A program made the position numbers and the translations under genes. A DNA stretch of 21,058 nt, taken from NCBI RefSeq assembly GCF_006345805.1, contig NW_021823807.1, forward strand, positions 1 through 21,058, written 5' to 3'. Below the pieces are notes generated by a model. The model saw nothing but the letters and a program-made list of their open reading frames with translations, ran no database searches and was not told the DNA's origin. The stretch comes from Octopus sinensis. Its lineage: Eukaryota. Position 1 is the first letter of the stretch; every line of letters begins with the position of its first letter. Below are positions 1 to 9,412 of the stretch, piece by piece.

Positions 1-5
1 ATAAT

Positions 6-36
<31 letters not shown>

Positions 37-220
37 CAATAACAATAATAATAACAATAAGAATATTGATAATAATAATGATAATAATAATAATAATATT
101 GATAATAATAATGATAATAATAATAGGTATGATAATGATAGCAGCACCAGCACCAGCGCCACCATCACCAATAACATCAACAACGATAAAAATGACGATG
201 ATGATGATGATGATAATAGC
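1..220. repeat. (AAT)n/(GAT)n trinucleotide microsatellite tract
   Basis: Direct reading: runs of AAT, then CACCAG/CAT and GAT triplets. Confidence 0.95.
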
Positions 221-709
221 AATAAAATTTCTTGGATAATAAGTCTTCTACTGATTCTTGACAATGGAATCGAATCACTGGAGATTGGTTCAGTTTTTAA
301 ATGCGATAAAATCCATCAAGTTTCAACTCTTTTGTTGTTCATTTGCGATTAGCTCTGCCAGATTATCTATCTGTGCACCCCTGCGCCAACTGCCCTCCGC
401 CCCGCCCCCCCCCCCCCTACATGCACATGCACACACATGCATCAGCAAAAATACTAATCTGTGGATTACATGTAGACAATAAGACTGACAGTGGTGGCAA
501 ATGGAGCAGGGGTGGGTTGGTTGGCTGGATGTCTCGTTGGGTGGTGGGGTGCGGGTGGTGGTGGTGGTGGTGGTGGGGTGGAATGGGGGATTCGTGGCGG
601 TTGCGTAAGAAGTAGCTGTGATGTCTCTTTATTTAGAAAGGAAGATGTAGAGGAGGAGGAGGAGTAGGAAAATCAAGCCTGCCCTATCAGTGTGTGTGTG
701 TGTACATAA

Positions 710-903
710 ACATGTGGCATACATGTGGCATACATGTGACATACATGCGGCATACATGTGGCATACACGTGGCATACATGTGGCATACATGCGGCATACA
801 TGCGGCATACATGCGGCATACATGCGGCATACATGTGGCATACATGTGGCATACATGTGGCATACATGTGGCATACATGTGGCATACATGTGGCATACAT
901 GTG
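710..903. repeat. 11-bp minisatellite (ACATGTGGCAT), about 17.6 copies
   Basis: 17 full units from 710 to 896 plus ACATGTG. Variants are ACATGCGGCAT (5), ACACGTGGCAT (1) and ACATGTGACAT (1). It explains the 11-aa periodic ORFs (MYATCMPHVCH). Confidence 0.97.
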
Positions 904-960
904 TGCGTGCATGTTATCCATGTACATCTGTATCAACATTTTATTTTCACACTCAGACAT

Positions 961-999
961 GCATATGTGTATATATATATATATGTATATATATGTATA

Positions 1000-1032
<33 letters not shown>
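961..1032. repeat. (TA)n microsatellite, left flank of the hammerhead element
   Basis: Direct reading. Confidence 0.95.
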
Positions 1033-1036
<4 letters not shown>

Positions 1037-1158
1037 ACAATCAAGGAACGGCCATAATAGGCCATTCCCCACTAGAAATAACAGCCAAAGCTTCAACCGC
1101 CAATAAAGATTAATTCCGTAAACAGGAGAAAATTTAAAAAAAAAACATTTACCCTGTA

Positions 1159-1267
1159 ATTTCTTGTACGAATGCACCGTTTCATCTGCTGTTTAATGGT
1201 AAAACTAACTGATTAAATTATTAAATCAAGCCAATTTCCATAGGCCCTCAGATTCTCAGCAAGAAAT
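1159..1267 (-). ncRNA. Type I hammerhead ribozyme, copy A
   Basis: Minus strand reads ATTTCTTG-CTGAGA-ATCTG...CAGAT-GAAAC-GGTGCATTC-GTA|CAAGAAAT. Stem I is 8 bp and perfect, stem II is ATCTG/CAGAT, and the triplet is GUA (cut between 1167 and 1166). The core lacks one A relative to CUGAAGA. Confidence 0.75.
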
Positions 1268-1655
1268 AGCCAAGTCGGAACAGATATTTTCACGAGGCAT
1301 TCCGACCCTGCCAAGGTAATATCTGACCTAAAATTTTCAAATCGTCGCACTCGCGCCAAATTTATCGGCAGCAAAATAAATAATAAGCCGTCGATTCCAT
1401 TACGGAATTATTACCAGAAAATTCATAATTAATCAATATAGGGTGGCAAAAAAAATTTTGTAGAATTCTTTTTGCCACCAGCGGCCTAGTGGGAAGAAAA
1501 AATTAAATAGTCATAGACCATTTTTAAGTTCAACATCAACAATCAAGGAACGGCCATAAAGGCCATTCACCCACTAGAAATAACAGCCAAAGCTTCAACC
1601 GCAAATAAAGATTAATTCGGAAACAGGAGAAAATTAAAAAAAAATTTACCCTGTA

Positions 1656-1761
1656 ATTTCTTGTACGATGCACCGTTTTATCTGCTGTTTAATGGTAAAC
1701 TAACCTGATTAAATTAAATCAAGCCAATCTTCCATAGGCCCTCAGATCTTCAGCAAGAAAT
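1656..1761 (-). ncRNA. Type I hammerhead ribozyme, copy B
   Basis: Minus strand reads ATTTCTTG-CTGAAGA-TCTG...CAGAT-AAAAC-GGTGCATC-GTA|CAAGAAAT. CUGAAGA is intact, stem III is ACGG-TGCA-TCGT with a palindromic loop, GAAAC reads AAAAC, and one A is missing at the base of stem II. Confidence 0.7.
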
Positions 1762-2024
1762 AGCCAAGTCGGAACAGATATTTTCACGAGGCATTTCCGA
1801 CCCTGCCAAGGTAATATCTGACCTAAAATTTTCAAATCGTCGCACTCGCGCAAATTTATCGGCAGCAAATAAATATAAGCCGTCGATTCCATTACGGAAT
1901 TAACAGAAAAAAAATTCATAATTAATCAATATAGGGTGGCAAAAAAAATTTTGAAAAATTTTAGGTCAGATATACCTTGGCAGGGTCGGAAATGCCTCGT
2001 GAAAATATCTGTTCCGACTTGGCT

Positions 2025-2136
2025 ATTTCTTTTGCTGAAGAATCTGAGGGCCTATGGAAGATTGGCTTGATTTAATTAATCAGGTTAGTTTACCATTAAA
2101 CAGCAGATGAAACGGTGTGAACGTGCTACAAGAAAT
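2025..2136 (+). ncRNA. Type I hammerhead ribozyme, copy C (inverted copy)
   Basis: CTGAAGA at 2035-2041, stem II ATCTG 2042-2046 / CAGAT 2104-2108, GAAAC at 2109-2113 and CAAGAAAT at 2129-2136. Stem I has two extra T, and the cleavage-site region reads CGTGCTA instead of CGTA. Confidence 0.7.
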
Positions 2137-2361
2137 TACAGGGTAAATGTTTTTTAAATTTTCTCCTGTTTACGGAATTAATCTTTATTGGCGGTTGAAG
2201 CTTTGGCTGTTATTTCTAGTGGGTGAATGGCCTATTATGGCCGTTCCTTGATTGTTGATGTTGAACTTAAAAATGGTCTATGACTATTTAATTTTTTCCC
2301 ACTAGGCCGCTGGTGGCAAAAAGAATTCTACAAAATTTTTTTGCCACCCTATATTGATTAA

Positions 2362-2380
2362 AAAAATATATATATATTAT

Positions 2381-2424
<44 letters not shown>

Positions 2425-2451
2425 TATATATGTATATAATATATATGTATA

Positions 2452-2512
<61 letters not shown>

Positions 2513-2540
2513 ATATATATATATGTGTGTGTGTGTGTAT
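2362..2540. repeat. (TA)n/(TG)n microsatellite, right flank of the hammerhead element
   Basis: Direct reading. Confidence 0.95.
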
Positions 2541-2554
2541 TGTATATGTGTTGT

Positions 2555-2811
2555 GGAGCACGTGGCTCAGTGGTTAGGGTGTCAGCATCATGATCGTAAG
2601 ATTGTGGTTTCGATTTCTGGGCCGGGCATTGCATTGTGTTCTAGAGGAAAACGCTTCATTTCACGTTGCTCCAGTTCACTCAGCTGGTAAAAATGAGTAA
2701 CGCTGCGATGGACTGGCATCCCATCCAGCTGGGGAACACATACATCATTGAAACTGGGAAACCAGGCCCATGAGCCTGGCTAGGCTTTAAAAGGGCGCAT
2801 TTATTTTTTTT
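2555..2811 (+). mobile_element. tRNA-derived SINE, family 1
   Basis: A-box-like TGGCTCAGTGG, B-box-like GGTTTCGATTTC and a T-rich end. A reverse-orientation copy lies at 7477-7737. Confidence 0.85.
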
Positions 2812-2825
2812 ATGTGTATGTATAT

Positions 2826-2975
2826 GTTAGGAAGGGCATCCAGCTGTAAAAACATTGCCAGATAAGACTGGAGCCTGGTGCAGCCTTCTGGCTTCCCGGA
2901 TCCCCGGTTGAACCGTCCAACCCATGCTAGCATGGAGAACGGACGTTAAACGATGATGATGATGATGATGATGAT
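2826..2975 (+). mobile_element. 3' end of an RTE-type LINE with (GAT)n tail
   Basis: Matches the tails at about 5980-6128 and 11935-12076, including the palindrome CCATGCTAGCATGG. The 5141-6128 copy links this tail to an RTE ORF. Confidence 0.85.
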
Positions 2976-3351
2976 ATATTGTATTAAGGCTACCATTAGT
3001 TTCATGTTAAGGAAATATCTTAATATCTTAACAATTTTTCAAACTGATCACATAGAGGATTTTCTCCATTTTAGAGACGCACACCATCCTTCCATATGAT
3101 CAGCATGAGAGGTTCTTAAGATATTAAAATATTTAAGATATTTTTTTGAGACAAACACCATCCCTCCATGTGATATTAAGATATTTTTATTAACATAAAA
3201 CCAATGGTAGCCTCAACACACAAATAAAGAAATTTTATCCACCAATGTGGTGTTGAGCACTCATTCTCATTGTTCAACATTTCAAAATGTAACCACATGT
3301 GAATCGTTGGCGATTTTATTCTTCCGTCTTCCTTTCTATTGGACTTTCGTC

Positions 3352-3389
3352 TGTTTCTGAAGAAGAGCATTGCTCAAAATGTTAAAACA
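3352..3389 (+). ncRNA. Decayed minimal hammerhead-like motif (Penelope pLTR-type)
   Basis: TGTTT-CTGAAGA-A-GAGC-ATT-GCTC-AAAA-T-GTT-AAAACA. Two CpG-type transitions away from GCTC-GAAA-C-GTT. Stem II is GAGC/GCTC and stem I is short. Confidence 0.55.
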
Positions 3390-3755
3390 TCTTTCTTTCC
3401 TTCCCTGAGTGTATGCTTATACTTTACATGTACCACGTCCTAGCATTGTTGTTTTTTGTGTTTGTTGTTCTTTTCTGGGATTTTGTATATATATATGTGT
3501 GTGTGTGTGTATGTGTGTGTTTTCGCATTTGATTCACATACAAAGGTGGTAACAACAACAGCAAAGACAACAACGATAATGATGTTCTTAAATACAATTC
3601 AGAGATAGAGATGAAAGTTAAAGATAGGATGAAGGTTTGTTTGCTATATATATACATATATATATTGTAGTGGTGGTGGTGGTGGTGTTTTTCTTGATGA
3701 TGATGTTGAGGAAAGATTGGAGGATAATAGTAATGAAATAGTAATAGTAAGGTGT

Positions 3756-3930
3756 TTCGTTCATGATCCTTAAACAACCGTTCTTCAGGGTCCTTGAAGA
3801 ATATTCTAACTGGGGCCCACCTGCAAGGTCATGTGCTGTTTATCTTGATATGAGATCACCATGTCGTGCACATATGGTAGGGATGCATGTACCTGGCATA
3901 ACCTTATCAGATGGGTAGTCATGATGGGTA
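3756..3930 (+). repeat. Interspersed repeat fragment, probably a LINE 3' region
   Basis: Shares TTCAGGG(T/A)CCT and ATTCTAACTGGG(G/C)CCCACCTGCAAGGTCATG(T/C)GCTGTT with 9658-9770. The LINE assignment is inference. Confidence 0.55.
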
Positions 3931-4800
3931 ATTATTATTTTTATTATCATTATTATAATTGTTGTTGTTGTTTTTGTTGTTGTTGTTGTTGTTATTATTA
4001 TTATTATTATTATTATATATTATTATTATTATTATTATATATTATTATTATCATTTATATTATTATTATAACAACAACAGCAATATTCTAATCTGATAAC
4101 AGCAGATTTATGATGATAACGATGATGCTGCTGCTGCTGCTGATGATGATGTGAGAGTGATGTTGATGATAATGATGGCAGCAGAGGCAGAGATGATGAT
4201 GGTGATTGTTGTTGCTTGTGTGGTGGTTGTGGCAGTGGTGCTTGTGGTTTGTGATAGCAATGATGATGACGTCAACGGCAATGATGATGATGACAATGAC
4301 AATGGTGATGACAACAATGATGATGATGCTGATGATGACAATGTTGCTGCTGCTGGTGATGATGATGATGATAGCTGTATTGGTGATGGTTGTAGTGGTG
4401 ATGATGAAGATGATGGTAATGATGATGGTGCTGCTGTTACTAGAGTCATTGCTGCTGATGATGATGATGAGGATGATGATGATGATGATGATGATGTTGG
4501 TGATGATGATGATGTTGATGATGCTGATAGCTGTGTTGGTGATGGTTGTGGTGGTGATGATGAAGATGATGGTAATGATGATGGTGCTGCTGTTACTAGA
4601 GTCATTGCTGCTGATGATGATGAGGATGATGATGATGATGATGATGTTGGTGATGATGATGATGTTGATGATGCTGATAGCTGTGTTGGTGATGGTTGTG
4701 GTGGTGATGAGGAAGATGATAGTGATGATGATGATGAAGATGGCGACAACAACAACAACAACAACAAGAACAACAACCACGACAACAATGATAACGATGT
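3931..4800. repeat. (ATT)/(GTT)/(GAT)/(AAC) microsatellite complex with a roughly 150-bp triplicated block
   Basis: GATAGCTGT(A/G)TTGGTGATGGTTGT starts at 4370, 4526 and 4676 (periods 156 and 150). Confidence 0.9.
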
Positions 4801-5110
4801 CGTCGAATACAATTCAGAGACAGAGATAAGAGCTAGAGATAGGATGAAGGTTTGTTTGCTAGACTTGACCATCATCCTGATGTTAGTGATGCTGGTCAAA
4901 AACCGAAACTACTGATAAAAGGAGTGGATTATAGTAAATGGAAGATAAATATAATAAAAGATAAAAAAATAAAAACAAAAATAATGCAAAAATGGAAAAC
5001 AAATAGCTGCGGTCGAGGAGGGATGCTGTGTGGGGATGGTTGAAAATGAATGGTTACAAGGTTAGAAATATTGAAAAGTTAACAAAGTTTAAAAGGAAAA
5101 AGATATTAAA

Positions 5111-5140
<30 letters not shown>

Positions 5141-5141
<1 letters not shown>

Positions 5142-5507
5142 CTGCTGAGGACATGCGTAAGCTCGTGAGGAACGAAGCCAGTATGCTCCGATGGATGTGT
5201 AATGTCAGTGTACTTACTCGACAGAGCGTTAGTACCTTGAGAGAAATGTTGTACCTAAGAAGCCAGTTGTTGTGTGCAAGAGAGACGATTGCGCTGGTAT
5301 GGTCATGTGGCGAGAATGGATGAAGATAGGTGTGTGAGAAAGTGCCAATCCCTAGCAGTTGAGGGAACCCGTGGAAGAGGTAGACCCAGGAAAACCTGGG
5401 ACGAGGTGGTGAAGCACGACCTTCGGACGTTAGGTCTCACCATGGAAATGACTAGAGACCGAGACCTATGGAAGTATGCTGTACGTGAGAAGACCCGGCA
5501 AGACTAG
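5141..5507 (+). pseudogene. RTE reverse-transcriptase ORF, C-terminal fragment, frameshifted
   Basis: AEDMRKLVRNEASMLRWMCNVS..., a frameshift near 5262-5273, then QERRLRWYGHVARM...GRGRPRKTWDEVVKHDL...DRDLW. RLRWxGHVxRM and GRPRKTW are typical RTE C-terminal motifs. Confidence 0.9.
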
Positions 5508-6128
5508 TGAAGCCATAATCCGTGGCCCCTACCTGGACGTAGTCAGTCCACCTGTGCATACCTTCCTTCTTGTGACACTTGTGAAGACCTGTTGAGGCAA
5601 GTGAGAATCGAATCAAATCAAATCAAATCGAACCAAATCAAAATAGATGAACATCAATGGAATTTGTTCCTTGTGGTACCAGTGCCGGTGGCACATAAGA
5701 AAACCATCCGAACGTGACCGTAGCCAGTACCGCAATGACTGGCCTCCGTGGCGGAGGGCACGTAACAACACCATCCGAGCGTGGCTGTCCGCCAGCCTCG
5801 TCTGGCACCTGTGTCGGTGACACATAAAAACACCATCCGAGCGTGGCCGTCAGCCAGCTTCGTCTGGCACCTGTGTCGGTGGCACATAAAAACACCATCC
5901 GAGCGTGGCCGTCTGCCAGCCTCGTCTGGCCCTGTGTCGGTGGCACATAAAATCACCCACTACACTCTCGGAGTGGTTGGCATTAGGAAGGGCATCCAGT
6001 GTAGAAAACACTGCATATCTGACTGGCCTGGTGGCAGCCTTCGGGCTTGCCAGACCCCAGTTGAACCGTCCAACCCATGCTAGCATGGAAAGCAGACGTT
6101 AAACGATGATGATGATGATGATGATGAT
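5141..6128 (+). mobile_element. 5'-truncated RTE-clade LINE (ORF C-terminus, 3' UTR, (GAT)n tail)
   Basis: Decayed ORF followed by a UTR with 62-bp tandem units (5759, 5821, 5883, 5944) and a GAT tail. Confidence 0.9.
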
Positions 6129-6130
6129 AA

Positions 6131-6196
6131 GGCACAGGAGTGGCTGTGTGGTAAGAAGCTTGCTTACCAACTACATGGTTCTGGGTTCAGTCCCAC
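6131..6196 (+). mobile_element. tRNA-like head of SINE family 2 (fragment)
   Basis: GGCACAGGAGTGGCTGTGTGGTAAG...GGTTCAGTCCCAC, matching the heads of the copies at 11275, 12655, 13313 and 18070. Confidence 0.8.
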
Positions 6197-6950
6197 ATTC
6201 CTGTGGTGCCCCCACCCATCTTCCCTTCATGCCCTAAGCACATGCTAATTTTTTTAATGGTTAATCACTGTCTCTCTTTCTCTCCCTACCTCCATCTTTC
6301 TCCCCTTTCACTCCTCTCTTCCATCTCCCTCCTAACCCTCTCCCCCACTCACTCTCTGCTCCCCCCATCTCTCTCCTCTATAAGTATCATTGTTCCATCA
6401 CTCTCTCTCCCCAATCAACCACCATTTCATAACAAAATACAGTTAAAGAAAATTTAAAATTAGGATTAAAGATATAACTTCAGACATATTACGTCAAGAA
6501 CCAAATGTCTAACACGATAGGCCTTCTGTTGCGAAATTTCAAATTGGATTATGCTTTCTTAAGCTTCAGAAGTGTTATATACATTACATTCAATAGCAGA
6601 TTTGATTTGTTGAACACATTTATAAATCATGCAGGTTCGAAACCACTACATTAAATTTAATATGTACGCGTTAGATGTTACGACAATGCATTGCATTAGA
6701 ATTCGAGATGTAGAGCTTCTTAAAAAGCCATTGAGTTAAAACTGAACACGTCAGAAATTAAATTTATAGCAGAGGGTTCAAAGTCTCGTTTAGTAATGTA
6801 CTTGTTAGGAATATATGCATATACAGGTATGGTTTATTTCCTTTTTTTCTTAAAGATAATAAAATGATATATTGCGTTAAATATTGGTAAAATGAAGCAA
6901 TGTTAAGAACAGGATAAGAATTAGAAATTAAAAATATCATAGTTTCCATA

Positions 6951-7028
6951 TATTATATCACATTATATCATATTATATTATATTATATTATATATTATAT
7001 TATATTATATATTATATTATATATTATA
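6951..7028. repeat. (ATATT)n pentanucleotide microsatellite
   Basis: Direct reading. Confidence 0.9.
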
Positions 7029-7476
7029 ATAAGAAAGGAGAGACAATTAATCATGAATTTTCTCTATATTTCCATTTATATAGATAAACCAGGTTATATA
7101 TCATAAACTTTCATCGGAACTCCAAGACTTTGTATATTAAAAAGTTGAAGAATAAATTTACTAATATGTAGAAATATTTTCAGAGTTGGGGAAGCATTTA
7201 CATAAGCAGTTTACATTCTTCATTATCTTGTGAAACTTATTTAAAGCATTTTGGTGTAAAATTTATGGATGCCGGTTAGAGATTCGTTCAGCGTTTTGAT
7301 TGAGGAAGAGTCGATTTGAAAACATCCGTCGTGTCCTACCGGTCCTGCTGGTTCTATCAACCATCACCAACACTGCTGTCACCACCACTACCACCACGAT
7401 CCCATCACCATCATCATCATCACCACCACCATTACCAACACCCTCAACCCCAACCCCAACCCCACCACCATCACTA

Positions 7477-7737
7477 TAAAAAAATAAATAAATGTGCCCT
7501 TTTAAAACCTAGCCAGGCTCATGGGCCCGGTTTCCAGCTTCTATGGCGTATGTGTTCCCCAGCTGGACGGGACATCAGTCCATCGCAGCGTTACTCATTT
7601 TTGTCAGGTGAGTGAACTGGAGCAACGTGAAATGAAGTGTTTTGCTCAAGAACACAATGCATCGCCCGGTCCAGGAATCGAAACCACAATCTTACGATCA
7701 TGATGCTGACACTCTAAGCACTAAGCCACGTGCCTCC
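7477..7737 (-). mobile_element. tRNA-derived SINE, family 1
   Basis: Reverse complement aligns end to end with 2555-2811. Confidence 0.85.
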
Positions 7738-7785
7738 TCCACCATCACTATACCAAGAACTTTCATCAAAATAATAGTAATACTG

Positions 7786-8125
7786 ATTTCAAATTTTGGC
7801 GCAAGGCCAGCAATTTCAGGGGAAGGGATTAAGTCAATAGCGTTGACCCCAGTACTCAACTGGTACTGGTTTTTATCAACCCATGGCTATGATGCTCCTC
7901 CACTACTTCTGCTCATGATCAGAGATGCACATATCATCAGCCACTAAGGGACATGCTCAACTGGTTAAGGTCAAACAACTGACAAGCAAATCTGTGGTAT
8001 TGAGCAGAATATTTGCTGTAGCCCATCTTTTATACCAAGACAGAACAATGTACATGATGACACTTCCAATCAGTTAAGATCAGAAGCCATGAGAGCCACT
8101 GCCTGGTACTGCATCAGGGCATTTA
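7786..8125. repeat. Adjacent interspersed repeat fragments (SINE-like 7786-7882; LINE-3'-UTR-like 7883-8125 ending in (ATT)n)
   Basis: GACCCCAGTACTCAACTGGTACT resembles the SINE family 2 body motif. The second part runs directly into an (ATT)n tail. Family calls rest on recall and inference. Confidence 0.45.
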
Positions 8126-8134
8126 TTATTATTA

Positions 8135-8188
<54 letters not shown>

Positions 8189-9100
8189 ATCATCATTATC
8201 ATCGCTATATAACTCTGATTATTATCATAATTATTATTGCTATTATTATTATTATTATTATTATTATTTTATTACCATCATCATCATCATCATTATCATT
8301 GTTATGTGATTCTGATTACATTTTAAGGATAGAAATATATTTTATACATTACATAAGCTTTCTTACATACACTTTTATACACACACACACAGACACACAC
8401 ACACACTCACACACACACACACGCACTCACACACACAAGTGCACACATGCATACACATTCATACACATATACTCACACACACGCAACATACACACATACG
8501 TATATATGAGAACGCCTTCTCTTTTACTTATATGTGACGAGCAAGCATTATTATTTATGGTGAGGTTGATAAGAATCAAAAATCAACCACATTCAGCATT
8601 CAAGCCTATTCCCTCTGAATTACGCAACCAATTGTATGAATATATTTGTGCTGTTAGGAGCAGAAAATAATGAAAAAAAAAAAATACGTAACATTTTTGG
8701 ACAGAGAGCATCTTAACTTTTACATTTTACAGAATTTTTACTTTGCAGATACAAACATCCAGTGTACCTTTAGATTTGTGTGATAAATCATTAATTCTAT
8801 GACTATCAGAAAATATAGACAGAAATCAACGCTCTTGGCTATCTAAAGTGTGGTTGATTTATCATGCTGTATAGCATTTCAAATAATTTACTTTTTATAA
8901 AACTCTTGTCAGATCCGTGACAGAAGCTATACATTACAATTTTCTTATTAATTCATCTACGCTATCTTCAGCATGATGTTTGATGGTCTGCATACCAACT
9001 TGGAGAAGGAATCAACAAGGCCCCGAAAATAAAGTTGCTACGTTGTCGCTCGAGAGACTTGCCAAAAATACTTAGAGGTTATCTTTCGTTTCTCTATTGT

Positions 9101-9282
9101 TCTTTCTCTTTTATTCGTTTCGGTCATTGGACTGTGGCCATGCTGGGGCACCAGTTTTTTTGCAGCTTTTAGTCGAACAGATTCCCCCACCACACTGAGT
9201 AATTATATATTTTTCTTTTTAAGTCCGGTACTTACTCTATCAGTCCCTTTTGTTGAACTGCTAAGTTACAGGGATGTAAACA
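9101..9282 (-). mobile_element. SINE family 2, diverged 3' fragment
   Basis: TTTCGGTCATTGGACTGTGGCCATGCTGGGGCACC...CTAAGTTACAGGGATGTAAACA aligns to 11059-11198. Confidence 0.75.
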
Positions 9283-9284
9283 AT

Positions 9285-9412
9285 CATGCAGCCAAACATC
9301 TCTGAAAGTTTCATCTGAATCCATTCAGTAGTTCTTGAGATATCTTGTCCATGGACTAACAAGCAAACACAACTAAAAACAATACATCTACCTTAGTGAA
9401 GGCAGACGTAAT
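9285..9412 (+). mobile_element. Possible Helentron/DINE-like non-autonomous element 3' end
   Basis: Terminal stem-loop TACATCTACCTT-AGTG-AAGGCAGACGTA (9383-9410, 10/12 pairs, both mismatches A:C) followed by an AAT run. The family call is inference. Confidence 0.4.

Larger units (their letters stand above)
1033..2361. mobile_element. Non-coding hammerhead-ribozyme repeat element (retrozyme or Penelope pLTR-like): about 500-bp unit, two direct copies plus one inverted copy
   Basis: Copy A is 1033-1534 and partial copy B is 1535-1953; ATCAACAATCAAGG starts at 1033 and 1535 (period 502). Segment 1950-2361 is the reverse complement of 1429-1836. Each copy holds a hammerhead motif. There is no ORF, and the element is flanked by (TA)n on both sides. 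Confidence 0.8.

Noticed and set aside
470-617. Possible minus-strand Thr/Pro-rich exon (TSYATATNPPFHPTTTTTTRTPPPNETSS)
   Set aside because: It is largely derived from a (CCA)n tract, with weak splice sites and no recognisable homology.
673-1113. Several ORFs with an 11-aa repeat (MYATCMPHVCH)
   Set aside because: They are a direct product of the 11-bp minisatellite and (TA)n, and are open on both strands.
1442-1490. Hairpin followed by CTAG, resembling a Helitron 3' end
   Set aside because: It is internal to the repeat unit rather than at an insertion boundary, the second subfamily lacks the downstream CTAG, and the hammerhead-strand model explains the unit better.
3560-4862. Similar roughly 90-bp blocks at 3565-3647 and 4775-4862 whose antisense translation looks signal-peptide-like (SKQTFILSL)
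   Set aside because: Best explained as an old local duplication next to microsatellites. There is no consistent start codon or exon structure.
4151-4915. 254-aa Asp-rich ORF with a hydrophobic N-terminus (Aspein-like look), and the Ser-rich antisense ORF at 4108-4899
   Set aside because: GAT/ATC repeats are open in most frames by construction, and four overlapping frames are open here. There is no good start context or splice evidence. It would need transcript support.
7295-7335. TTGAGGA-AGAG-TCGA-TTT-GAAAACATC, faintly like the 3357 motif
   Set aside because: It needs several changes and has no stem I pairing.
8583-8802. Possible minus-strand exons (HRINDLSHKSK and AQIYSYNWLRNSEGIGLNAECG*) with a good acceptor at 8651 and a 117-bp intron
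   Set aside because: The peptides are short and unrecognised, and such splice-like motifs are frequent in AT-rich DNA. It needs RNA-seq or homology.
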